A stretch of 64,000 nucleotides of DNA from Histomonas meleagridis 2922-C6/04-290x (taxonomy: Eukaryota > Protista > Parabasalia), in assembly GCA_020184695.1 (NCBI GenBank), contig JAANOX010000004.1, forward strand, positions 310,001 through 374,000. The letters are read 5' to 3'. This document shows, one piece after another, positions 20,610 to 31,252 of this stretch (positions within the stretch are counted from its first letter, which is position 1; each line of letters begins with the position of its first letter). Under the pieces are notes generated by a model. It saw only the letters and a list, made by a program, of their open reading frames with translations. It had not been told where the DNA came from and searched no databases. The position numbers and the translations under genes are program-made.

Positions 20610-21395
20610 ATGATTCGAGAAGTATGGGCAAATAATTTAGAAGAAGAAATGAAAATTATCAGTGATTTAATTCAAGATTATCCATTTATTGGGATGGATA
20701 CCGAATTTCCAGGTGTTGTAGCTAAACCATCAGGTTGTTTTAAATCTACCGAAGAACTTGAGTATCAATCAATGCGATGTAATGTTGATATCTTAAAAAT
20801 CATTCAAATTGGGATCACGTTAGGTAATTCTAAAGGAGAAGTTCCAAGTCCAGTTTGTACGTGGCAATTTAACTTTAAATTTAATATTGAAAAAGATCCA
20901 CATTTTGGACGTGCCATTACATTATTACAACAATCAGGTATTGATTTTTCCAAATTTAATGAAGAAGGTATTGATGTTTATGATTTTGGACGTTTTGTTC
21001 TTACGAGTGGTCTTGTTATGAACAATGAAATCACGTGGATTACATTTCATAGTATTTCAGATTTTGGATATCTTCTTAAAGCACTTACAAGTTCACCACT
21101 CCCGAGCGACAACCAAAGTTTTTTCAAAATGCTTCACATTTACTTTCCACATTTTTTTATGATATTAAATATTATACGTCATGTTTTTCCCTAATATTGC
21201 GAATGGTTTACAAGGTATTGCGGAGCAATATTCAGTTGAACGTGTTGGCAAAGAACATCAAGCAGGCTCAGACTCATTTGTGACGTACAAAGTATTTATT
21301 GAATTACAAACGCAAGTTTTACAAAAAAAAATATTCAAAACATGGACGTTGAAAACAAATTATATGGAGCATCGACACCACCAGTATTATTATGA
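20610..21395 (+). pseudogene. CAF1: CAF1/POP2 deadenylase copy 2, frameshifted in the 3' third
   Basis: DEDD nuclease motifs as in copy 1. Homopolymer indels lie at about 21155, 21190 and 21325. Confidence 0.8.
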
Positions 21396-21581
21396 ACATG
21401 AAATGTAAAATATAAATTAATAAATAGAAGTATTGAAATATATTTTTTTTTTTGTTTAATCATTTGTCACAACAAAAAATTTAATATTTCGATATATTAT
21501 GAAGTTAAATGCAGTAATAAAGATAAGTATTTAAATGTTTTTCTGCCCGCTTTGATATTAAAAAATAAATCAAAAAAATTC

Positions 21582-21653
21582 TTCCGATACGGGGAGTCGA
21601 ACCCCGCTCCCGTGGATGAAAACCACATATCCTAACCGATGAACGATATCGGA
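21582..21653 (-). tRNA. trnE-UUC: tRNA-Glu (UUC)
   Basis: TCCGATA...TATCGGA-A acceptor stem, anticodon arm TGTGG-TT-TTC-AT-CCACG, T-loop GTTCGACTC. Confidence 0.95.
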
Positions 21654-22031
21654 ATTTCGAATTTAGGAAATATTTTAAATATAAAAACTTATCAAATACT
21701 ATTTAAACAGAAGATTCAAAATTGCTTCATAAGTTTTTCCATATTAATTGTTGAATCAGCTCAAGTTATTTCACACGAAAGTGTACATCTACCAACGAAA
21801 TGCAATCGAACAAAAATTTTTGTTTGAATTGAACCATTTGGAAATGGTGTTGAGACATAACAAAAGAGCTTGAAATTGTCTTTGATGTTTGGCTGGATAC
21901 ATGTGAATCATTTTAGCTTCTAGAGAAATGAATATAGCAAAAGGGGGTTGTGCGTGGTTTCATGTCCAAAATTTTATTTCCCCATACTAAAATGACCGTT
22001 TAAAAATCCTTATTGGTTGGAAATTTAAAAC

Positions 22032-24182
22032 ATGGATAACTCACTCACAATGGAACAAATTGGCGAACATGTTCTTTCACAAGCAATAAATGGTGCATTG
22101 CTTTCAGAAAATTATGATCAAAGTCATATAATTTCCACCATCATCAATCAGATTATTTTACTCGGGAATTCAACTACTGACCAATCAATTAAAGAAGATT
22201 TACTATCACTCGAATCTGAATACAAAAACAAAGACTTACAATATTTCGGATTTAAATGTTTTGAAGTTATCAAAAAATCACTTATTTTTCTTAATAAACA
22301 CATTAATGCTAAATCTCAAAATGAAGACAATTCAAGCAAGTTGCAGAACTTAATAGCTGAAAATTCAGAATTGAAAAAACAATTGTATGAATATCAAAAA
22401 ACCATATCAAAGCAAGAATTATCGCAACAAAGACACTCTCTTGACAATGCCATTTTTTCTCGTCAAAAAAGTAACAACAATAAATCAGTAAAATCTGATA
22501 AAGCGAGCTCAGATTATTCCAAACTAAAGCAATACAAGAATAAACTCAAACTCCTCAAGCAAGAAAATTCCAAGCTTAAGCAAGTTGAGCAAGATAACCT
22601 AACACTTCACATTGAAAATGAAAAATTACAAATCGAAAATCAACAACTTCAACTACAAACTAATGACTCCCATTTCCTGAGCAGCTCCCATGATGATCAT
22701 ACCATCACAGTACTGCATTCTACCATTGATCTTCTACAAGATCAAATATCTCGACAGCATGACGAAATATCACGTCTTAACTCCGACAGAAACATTCTTA
22801 TCAAGCAAGCGAATTCACTTTTGTCCCTTAGCCATAAATATGATACGATTATTAATGATCAAATAATCAAATTCAAAACACAAGAAGACAATCTCCAACT
22901 TCAACTTAACCTTGCCAAAGACAAAATCTCCACGTATGAAGAGCAACGAGCTCATCTTTTCAACAATTTGAAATCATTCATTAAAACCAAATACAATGAC
23001 AATTCACAATTTTTCATCACTTTACTCGATGAGAACAACGTTAATTCTATCATTGATTTTATAAAAGAACTTTCCAACTATGAAAATGAACATGAAACAA
23101 ATGAAAAATTTGAACTTATTAAAGAAAATGAACATTTAAATAATTATATTAAATCTCAAAATTTACAATTAATTACATCATTAAACATTAACAATTTAAA
23201 TAATTATATCAAAGAAAACATTGATAAATCACAACAATATATATTTAATGAATTAATATCAACAAAAACAAATTTAAATATTACAGAAACACTTCGAAAT
23301 ATAACGAAATTTACTTCGAACGAATTATTTGAAATTATAAAATTTTCATTTGTTTCGAATTTAATGTTAAAAACAATTAATGAGAACAAAGAAATGGAAT
23401 ATAACAAAACAATAAACGAATTAAAAGTTGAGATAAAACAATTAAATGATAACGAATTAAAAAATCAAATCAAAATGAAAAATATTAAAAACAAAAAAGT
23501 TCAAATCTTTCAACAATTAAAAGAAATTTCGATGAAATATAATATTCTTAAAGCTCAATTTATGCAATTAAATGAGAACAATAAAAAGAAAAAAGAAATT
23601 GACTCAAAACAAATAAAAAATCTTCAAAATATTAATGAGAAAATGAAAATGAAATATAATAATCAAAAAGAACAAATAAAAAATTTGATACAAGAAAAAC
23701 AAATATTAAATAATGAAATTAATTCATTACAAAATGAAATTAAAGATAAAAATGAAAACGAAAATACAAATTCAAATGTTGAAATTGAAAATGTTCAAAT
23801 TAATAAAGAATTAGAAAATGAAAATAAAACACTTATAAATCGAAATAATAATTTGGCGGAAATACATAAGAATTTGATGATAAAATTCGAAGAAGAAAAA
23901 ATTATTAAAAATAAAATGAATAAAGAATTAAAGAAAAAGAATAAAAAACTTCAAAAAATTGAAAATGAATTAGAAAATCAAATTAAATGTAACGAAAATA
24001 ATAAAAAACAATTCGACGAAATTAATAAATTGTTGAAACAAAAATTAGAAGAAACAAGAAATAATTTGTTGGAAAGTAGAAAAGAATTAATGAATAAAAA
24101 TAATGAAATTAGTGCACTGCAATCGAATTTGGTGACTTTGAAATACGAAAAGAAATTATTGGAAGATAAATGTGCAAAATAA
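22032..24182 (+). CDS. Long coiled-coil protein of unknown function
   Basis: 716-aa ORF with K/E/N/Q heptad-rich composition. Confidence 0.75.
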   Translation: MDNSLTMEQIGEHVLSQAINGALLSENYDQSHIISTIINQIILLGNSTTDQSIKEDLLSLESEYKNKDLQYFGFKCFEVIKKSLIFLNKHINAKSQNEDNSSKLQNLIAENSELKKQLYEYQKTISKQELSQQRHSLDNAIFSRQKSNNNKSVKSDKASSDYSKLKQYKNKLKLLKQENSKLKQVEQDNLTLHIENEKLQIENQQLQLQTNDSHFLSSSHDDHTITVLHSTIDLLQDQISRQHDEISRLNSDRNILIKQANSLLSLSHKYDTIINDQIIKFKTQEDNLQLQLNLAKDKISTYEEQRAHLFNNLKSFIKTKYNDNSQFFITLLDENNVNSIIDFIKELSNYENEHETNEKFELIKENEHLNNYIKSQNLQLITSLNINNLNNYIKENIDKSQQYIFNELISTKTNLNITETLRNITKFTSNELFEIIKFSFVSNLMLKTINENKEMEYNKTINELKVEIKQLNDNELKNQIKMKNIKNKKVQIFQQLKEISMKYNILKAQFMQLNENNKKKKEIDSKQIKNLQNINEKMKMKYNNQKEQIKNLIQEKQILNNEINSLQNEIKDKNENENTNSNVEIENVQINKELENENKTLINRNNNLAEIHKNLMIKFEEEKIIKNKMNKELKKKNKKLQKIENELENQIKCNENNKKQFDEINKLLKQKLEETRNNLLESRKELMNKNNEISALQSNLVTLKYEKKLLEDKCAK

Positions 24183-24426
24183 AAATATAATAAAATAAAA
24201 ATCCTGTTAACAAAATATATTTTTAAATGTTGTGAATTATAATATTTATTCATATTAAAGAATTTTCCTTTAGTAACAACTTTACAATATTTCTTCTGTT
24301 ATTGTTTCACATTTTTTCTCTTACAACAAATATTCTACTTCAGAAATTTAGGAATACGGGAAAAAATCTTTTGTGTAAAGTTCTTTTTATGTAATCGTGT
24401 GAAATTTGATATGAACATGTGAAAGC

Positions 24427-24828
24427 TTATTCTTCCTTCTTCTTTGTTTGCCCGAGAAGAACTTTATGAATGTGTGGAACAACACCTGCAGATGCAATTG
24501 TAATGTTGGAAAGAAGTTGGTTCAATTCTTCATCATTACGAATTGCAAGCATGATATGACGCGGTGAAATTCTTGTCTTCTTGTTATCACGAGCTGCATT
24601 TCCCGCAAGTTCCAAAACTTCAACTGTAAGATATTCAAGAACTGCTGCCATAAATACTGGAGCACCTGCACCAACACGATCTCCATAACGACCTTCACGA
24701 AGGAAACGATGCAAACGACCAACTGGAAATTGAAGTCCTGCACGACTTGATCTTGTCTTTGGATGAGCGCGTTCTCCATCAACTGCTGTCTTTGTAGCTG
24801 TTTTCTTAACACCTTTCTTGGCTGGCAT
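24427..24828 (-). CDS. H2A: Histone H2A
   Basis: [13 protein letters not shown]...[29 protein letters not shown]...[10 protein letters not shown]. Confidence 0.98.
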   Translation of the reverse strand: MPAKKGVKKTATKTAVDGERAHPKTRSSRAGLQFPVGRLHRFLREGRYGDRVGAGAPVFMAAVLEYLTVEVLELAGNAARDNKKTRISPRHIMLAIRNDEELNQLLSNITIASAGVVPHIHKVLLGQTKKKEE

Positions 24829-24977
24829 TTAAAATAATGAAGTAATCTTTAGTTGTTTCTTGCTCGTTAAACCCCGCGGTCTCTATTCAAAATTACATTC
24901 AAATATTTTGGGATTAAAATGACATCATCAAAAGAGCGCGCAAATAATCGCGGGAAAAAAGTAAATCATTTTTTCAT

Positions 24978-25364
24978 ATGTCAACCAAGAAACCAGCTTC
25001 AAAAACACCAACAGAAAAGAAGCCAGCTGTAGAGGGAGAAGCTCCAGCAGAAACTGAAAAGGAAAAGAAACAACGTCATAAGAAGAGGAACGAATCTTTC
25101 TCATCTTACATTTTCAAAGTTCTTAAACAAGTTCACCCAGATATTGGTATTTCCAACAAGGCAATGCTGGTTATGAACAACTTTGTTACTGACATATTTG
25201 AACGTATTGCACGTGAAGGTGCTAGACTTGTTGATATGAACGATCGTAATACATTAGGATCCCGCGAAATCCAAACAGCAGTTCGTCTTGTTCTTCCAGG
25301 AGATCTTGCTAAGCATGCCGTATCCGAAGGTGGTAAAGCAGTTGCTAAGTTCAATGCAGAGTAA
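24978..25364 (+). CDS. H2B: Histone H2B, divergent from H2A across 149 bp
   Basis: [25 protein letters not shown]...[23 protein letters not shown]. Confidence 0.98.
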   Translation: MSTKKPASKTPTEKKPAVEGEAPAETEKEKKQRHKKRNESFSSYIFKVLKQVHPDIGISNKAMLVMNNFVTDIFERIAREGARLVDMNDRNTLGSREIQTAVRLVLPGDLAKHAVSEGGKAVAKFNAE

Positions 25365-25926
25365 ATGCCTTATTAATATACATGAAAAAGAATATTTTTT
25401 CTCACAATCATTATTGTTAAACTGATTTGTTTATTACATGCAAGAAGAGACTTAACGTCTTCCTTAATATGGTGTGTATTCCTCCTTTGCATAAAAAATA
25501 GAATTCTCATAATATGTATATATTATATTTGTTTTGTTATATATTTCCTTTATAAGTTATTGCACTGTATTTATTCGAATGATTTCTTGATTACCTCCAT
25601 AAATATTTTCAAATCTAAATAAATTCAAAGAATTTTATCAAAAAAACTCAAAAAATTAAACTAAATAATACTAAGTATTATATTTTTATATAAAACATGT
25701 ATTTATTAACAGTCCTATCTATGTGGTCATCTAGTTTTCAATTTATAAATTTATAAAATCTTCTTAATCGTTGGCAAATGGATCTTCTTCAGCATGTGAA
25801 CAGAGAATATCCTTTACATTGTTACAACAACAGGGGAATTCTCTTATTTAAAATGATGATTCTAAAGTAAAATAAATTAACAGAAATTAATATTTACAAA
25901 CAATTAATTCTATATAAGTACACATT

Positions 25927-27258
25927 TTATCTATCGCTTAAATACAATTTGTGCCTATTTATTTGAAGCTCTTTTTCTAATCTTGCGTTATCTTCTTCTT
26001 CTTTTTCCAAGTTATTTTGTAATTTTCTATTTAAATCCTTTAAATTCTCGTTTTGACTTTGCAACTCTTTAATTGTTATTAAATGTTGTTTTTCGATATT
26101 TTCTTTTTCATTTAACTTCGCTCTAAAAGAATTTTGTATTTTTTCACATAATTTTATTTTGTTTATTTTAAATTCTTTTTTAATTTGCGCCACTTCGTTT
26201 TGATGATTTGCTGTAACTTCATCAATTTGTTTCTGTAATTCGATCATTTGTTTAAATATTTTCTTCGTCTTCTTCTTATATGATGCCAATGCTTTATTTA
26301 ATTCATTTTCTTTTTCTTGATAAGAAACAATTTGTATTTTTAGTTGTTCGATTTCTTTGTTACTCTCTTTAATAACATTTTCTTTCATTTCGATGGTTTT
26401 GTTTATTTCAAGTATTTCGGAGTCATATAAACTCTGCGTTTTATCTTTCTCGTTTTGAAGAATATTTATATCTTTTTGATATTGCAAAATATTTTGTTTC
26501 GCATTTTGTAGTTCAATTTGTTTTTTGGACTTAAAATCTTCAAATTCTTTTTGAAGTTTTGCGATTTGCTTTAGAAGACGATTTCGTAAATTGTTTGTTT
26601 GCGATGTTTCTTCATTCAAATTTTGTAATTCGTTTTCTTTTTCATGAAGTGATTGTTTATAATTATGATTTTGGGTAGAAAGCTCGTTGATTTTTTTCTC
26701 TTGTGACTTAACAAGTTTTTCTAGCATGATATTCTTTTGAGAAATTTCATTGATTTGTGATTCTTGATTTGAAAATTTGGTATGTATCGAATCTATATGA
26801 TTTGTAAGGTCTTGATTTTCTTGTTGTGTAGATTTAATTTGTGCATTTGCTTTTTTCAATTTGTGTTGTTGTAGTTGACATTGATCAGCAATTTTTTTGT
26901 TCGTTTCATTCTGATCTATGATAAGTGTAAAAACAGAATTTAAAGTGTTTATATTTGCGTAACCAGCTTGATGTAATTTTTGGAAAAAATTGGTAAGTTG
27001 TTCTGATTTTTGTCTGGATTGAAGTAATGATTTTCTTAATGTTATATTAATTGAAAGCTCTGATTTAAACAGATCGAACAATGATTTCAGGAAAGTTAAA
27101 GAAGCTGAATCTTCTGCTTGATTTGAATTTCTAATAAAATATTCAATATTTTCGGATTCTTTCAAAATCTCATCTTGGAGCTTGGATATTTCAGTGTCAG
27201 ACATCGAAAAAGTATCTCCAGAAGAAATGAATTGGGATAAAGTTGAGCTTGTTTTCAT
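25927..27258 (-). CDS. Coiled-coil protein of unknown function
   Basis: 443-aa heptad-rich ORF. Confidence 0.7.
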   Translation of the reverse strand: MKTSSTLSQFISSGDTFSMSDTEISKLQDEILKESENIEYFIRNSNQAEDSASLTFLKSLFDLFKSELSINITLRKSLLQSRQKSEQLTNFFQKLHQAGYANINTLNSVFTLIIDQNETNKKIADQCQLQQHKLKKANAQIKSTQQENQDLTNHIDSIHTKFSNQESQINEISQKNIMLEKLVKSQEKKINELSTQNHNYKQSLHEKENELQNLNEETSQTNNLRNRLLKQIAKLQKEFEDFKSKKQIELQNAKQNILQYQKDINILQNEKDKTQSLYDSEILEINKTIEMKENVIKESNKEIEQLKIQIVSYQEKENELNKALASYKKKTKKIFKQMIELQKQIDEVTANHQNEVAQIKKEFKINKIKLCEKIQNSFRAKLNEKENIEKQHLITIKELQSQNENLKDLNRKLQNNLEKEEEDNARLEKELQINRHKLYLSDR

Positions 27259-27614
27259 GCAACTTTTTACCGCCTTTTCATAAAGGTGGCCGTTAACAGA
27301 TCGGTTAACTAGTGTGGGGTGCCCCCAACAAGGTCATTAATTCTTTGTGTTTCTTTATTAAGTAACAAAATATACCACCAATATGAAAATGATAAATATA
27401 TCATTTATTTTAATTATCAATTAAAAAAAATATTGTAAAATATCATCCGATCCCATATGAAAGAAATATAACACTCAATCAAATTCAAATAAGCATTAAA
27501 ATATCTGAAATGTCTCATATCTATAATTTCTTAAATATATCTGTACATCCATCATTGCGATAACAAGAAAAAATAAAATTTACTAAACTAAAATTTTTAT
27601 TAAAGGCGATCAAA

Positions 27615-28790
27615 TTAAATTTGTTCAATAATGTTATCTTCTTTAAAATCTTTTGCAAAAGGATCATCTTCGATATTTTTCATTTGGAGTTCTGATGAAT
27701 ATGTTGCTTGTGTTTCTTTTTCTTCTTCATTTATATCACATAATTCGTTACTTTTTTGTTCTTTATTTAGAAATCGAATTAATAATATAATAAGTAATAC
27801 AATAACAACAATTAAAATGAAAACAACAACACAAACAATAATAATAACAATCGTATTATCATTTTTATTAAATTCATTTATATAAAAAATAGTAAAAAAA
27901 TCAGAATAAAAACTATAATAATTTGAATATATAAATATTGTGTAATTATAATAAATAAATTCTGTTATAATATAAGTGAATATTGAGTTTATATTAGAAA
28001 TTGAATATGAATTTGTTAAAAAAGAATTGAAAATACTTAATGTTTGGCTATATGATAATGAATATATCAATGTAAATGAACAAGAAATAGTTGAAACAGA
28101 TTGAAACATTCTCGAAATGCTTGTCTTGGAATTGATGTTAATTTATTTCCAATAAAAATTGTTTCTAAATTAGTACAATGAAAAAATGTCGCTTCTTCAA
28201 TTGTCTCAACGTTTTCACCAAGATTTAATGCTGTTAAACTTGAACATTCTCAAAATGCTTGTCTTGGAATTGATGTTAATTTATTTCCAATAAAAATTGT
28301 TTCTAAATTAGTACAATGAAAAAATGTCGCTTCTCCAATTGTCTCAACGTTTTTACCAAGATTTAATGTTGTCAAACTTGTGCATTCTTGAAATGAATTA
28401 ACACCAATTGATGTAATAATATTTGGGCAATGAAATGTTATAGAATTCAATTTGATACATCTACTAAATGCAGGATTTGGAATTTGCCTAATATTTCCAA
28501 ATATTTCAACTGCTTCTAAATTAGAACAATCACTAAATGAATAATTTCCAATTTTTGTAATCGTTTCGCCAATTTCAACTGTTTTAAGGGATTCCCATTC
28601 GGAAAGAGCATTGTTTGGTACTTCTGTTAATCCAGCTGAAAAAATGATTTTTTCTGCAATAGCACTATACTTATTTATGAAACTCGAATCTAATTTATCT
28701 TCACTGACTATTATAAGTGTTCTTGTAGTTTTATACTATTCTTCTGATTTTGTTCAAATGAAAAAAGTTATAAATTAAAAATGGATAAAA
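27615..28790 (-). pseudogene. BspA-like (TpLRR) surface protein pseudogene 1 with S/T-rich stalk, TM and DPF tail
   Basis: LRRs such as LKTVEIGETITKIGNYSFSDCSNL, a 138-nt tandem LRR duplication (about 28116/28254) with an in-frame TGA, and a C-terminal TM followed by IEDDPFAKDF. Confidence 0.8.
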
Positions 28791-29102
28791 AAATTGAATT
28801 TTAATTTTGTTGACATTATTTTTGTGATTGCAAATGAATATAATGAATAAATTAATAAGAAAAATAAGATTTATTAAATTTAAAAATTTATTATTATGAA
28901 GAAAATTCATATTTTTTCGTTGATTTTTAGACATTTTATTAAGATCATTTTCAAATTGTTTCAACATTTTTGTTCGTGAGATATAATATTTAAAAAATTC
29001 AAATGATTTTGCTTTAAATAAATTATTTCTTGCATATAATGAAATATTACATGATGAATTTATCACTAAAAATGAATAAAATTGAAATGAAAATATTTCT
29101 TC
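28355..29102. repeat. ~750-bp direct duplication shared with 41646-42393 (BspA 5' part plus upstream flank)
   Basis: Near-identical sequence; both copies end at AAAATATTTCTTC. Confidence 0.9.
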
Positions 29103-29296
29103 GGTAATATTATTTCCAGTAAATACAATATTTTTGTTTAATAGATTGATATTATATTTTAGCATTAACTTATTTTGGAATGAGAAATTTTGTTTTAATT
29201 TATCATTTTCTTTTCGGATTAAAGATGAAATTACTATAATTTTATTGCACATAATAAATTCATTTGCTATTATAAAATATGGAATTATGAAATTTT

Positions 29297-29554
29297 TTAT
29301 AGAAGCAACAAAGGGAAAGTATGAGGTCCGATTGTTATTAAATTTTCTTTAATTTCAACAGAAATCAAATTTTTCCAATCTGAAAAATCAATGTCTGTTA
29401 TTTCAACTTCAATTATTAAATATTTTATTTCATTTGTGTATGAATTTAATTCTTTAAAATCATTAATATTGCTAATAATGTGTGTTGATGTTGAAAAATC
29501 AATTGTTTCAAATGAATGAACAAAAAATAAGCTGATAAAAATAGAAGTAAACAT
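29297..29554 (-). pseudogene. 5' fragment of another BspA-like gene
   Basis: Signal-like MFTSIFISLFFVHSFE followed by one LRR (WKNLISVEIKENLITIGPHTF), then a stop. Confidence 0.6.
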
Positions 29555-30220
29555 CGTGTTATGTATTTCTTTTTCTTTTCCTTGATAAAATAATAATTTT
29601 TTAATAAAAAATATTTTTACAAATAAAAATAAAGCAAAATAAATGAAGCTATTAATCAAAATATTAATGTCACCATTATAGATCCAATCATTTTTTATTT
29701 GATTTTGATTTTTAGGTTGAAATAATGAATCAGTTTTTCCAAAAACAAATTTTCTAGAATTCATAATAGATTTGATGAGATAAATATTTAACATTGTTAA
29801 TAATAATGTAAGTGATTTCCCTTGTTCGATAACTACTTAAGTTTTTCAAAAAATAAATTTGTTTCTTTTTCGGTTAATGTTTGGGGTTTCACATCACATT
29901 AGGGCTACCCCAGAAAAACTGACTTTTCATCGACTTCACTTTTTGAACGGTTACTATCGTATTTTTTCAAAACCAAATTATGTTGAGCACAAAATGGAGT
30001 GAATTATATGCATATAAATCAATTCTACAAACATCAAGAAAAGAATTAAAAGTGATTCCTAAATTATATATAATAGTTTTACACAAATTAACTTGAATAT
30101 TTGTATTTTTATTTACACAAGAATAAAATTAGATACAACAAAGGATTAAATTTATATACTAACAAATATAAAAACTTTATTTTTATGAAACAAACAAATT
30201 TAAGGAGAAAAAAATCATTG

Positions 30221-30859
30221 TTATGCTTTTGTTTCGCTTTCTAATTTCTTAATTTCTGCTTCCAACTGTATCTTTAGGTTCTGCAAGATAACAATTGGAT
30301 CAGACTTTGGTCGAGCAACTTTACCTATGAGCTGAGCTTGGTCAATTTGCTCATGAATTGGGTGTTTTACTTTGTCATTACATATGATATCAATTAATTT
30401 TTGCTCTTCTCGTTGCAAATTATGTAATTCCAACGTTGCTTTATGCATTTCCTTTTGCGCTGCTTCATAATCAGCCGACATTTGATCAATATCACTTTTT
30501 ATCGATTGCTCCAAATTAATTAATTGTGAAATCATAATTTCATGCTTTCTGTTCCAGGAGTACGTTTCTTGCTTTATTTTCTTGAGTTTTATTGAATATT
30601 TCTTCTGTTTGTTTATCAAATTTTGACTATCTTGACTTATTCCGAATTTGGGTCTGAGAATATACAAAGTAAAATCTTCGATTTCTTTTTGTATTTCGTT
30701 TTTTTTCAAGTTAAGATTCCTTGTCTCTTGTTCAATATCTTCGTTATCAAGAGTTCTCTGAATAAAAATCTCATTAGATGTCCTAATAGAAGCTTCGAGC
30801 TGTTTAATTTCTTCTTTAATTTTTTTGATTTGTTTTTTGTGCTGAGCTTTTGCAGTCAT
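30221..30859 (-). CDS. Coiled-coil protein of unknown function
   Basis: First ATG at 30859; heptad-rich. Confidence 0.65.
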   Translation of the reverse strand: MTAKAQHKKQIKKIKEEIKQLEASIRTSNEIFIQRTLDNEDIEQETRNLNLKKNEIQKEIEDFTLYILRPKFGISQDSQNLINKQKKYSIKLKKIKQETYSWNRKHEIMISQLINLEQSIKSDIDQMSADYEAAQKEMHKATLELHNLQREEQKLIDIICNDKVKHPIHEQIDQAQLIGKVARPKSDPIVILQNLKIQLEAEIKKLESETKA

Positions 30860-31252
30860 TTTTTTTTTGCTGGTTTCTAACGGTTGTTTATATTTGGACA
30901 AATATAAACGGTTTATTAAAACCCGTTTAACTTCAAGCTAGAAAAGAAAACGTTTTCTTCCTGAAAGTCATGGATGTAACTGTCCTACAAAAAACAACGC
31001 TTCGTGAAAGAATTTATTTTCGATATAATTTTTTTTGACTTCTAAAAAGATTGATGAAAAATGAATCATTTATAAATATTTTTAAGAGAATCTTAGGAAG
31101 TAAATAAAAAAGACAAAAACTTTGAGATTATTATATAGATAGAATTCAGTTTCAACACCAGGAATTGATCGGGGCGCACAAGCTGTCAAAACGATGACAA
31201 TTAATTCAAAAAATGTCAGTGTTTCCAGTGCAATTTTATCGAGGCTGAAATT

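Larger units (their letters stand above)
19605..21548. repeat. Inverted duplication 1, right arm
   Basis: Reverse complement of 13906-15835. Confidence 0.9.

Noticed and set aside
21790-22000. Comparatively GC-rich patch after tRNA-Glu as an ncRNA
   Set aside because: No box C/D, H/ACA or Sm motifs were found in a convincing arrangement; it may be a pseudogene scrap.
24522-25354. Short ORFs overlapping H2A (24522-24812) and H2B (25133-25354), and other antisense ORFs within long genes
   Set aside because: Shadow frames with no recognisable motifs.
28731-29252. ORF 'MINSSCNISLYARNNLFKAK...' present in both BspA duplicates (also 42022-42357)
   Set aside because: Low-complexity N/F/I/K frame typical of AT-rich flank; its conservation is explained by the recent duplication.
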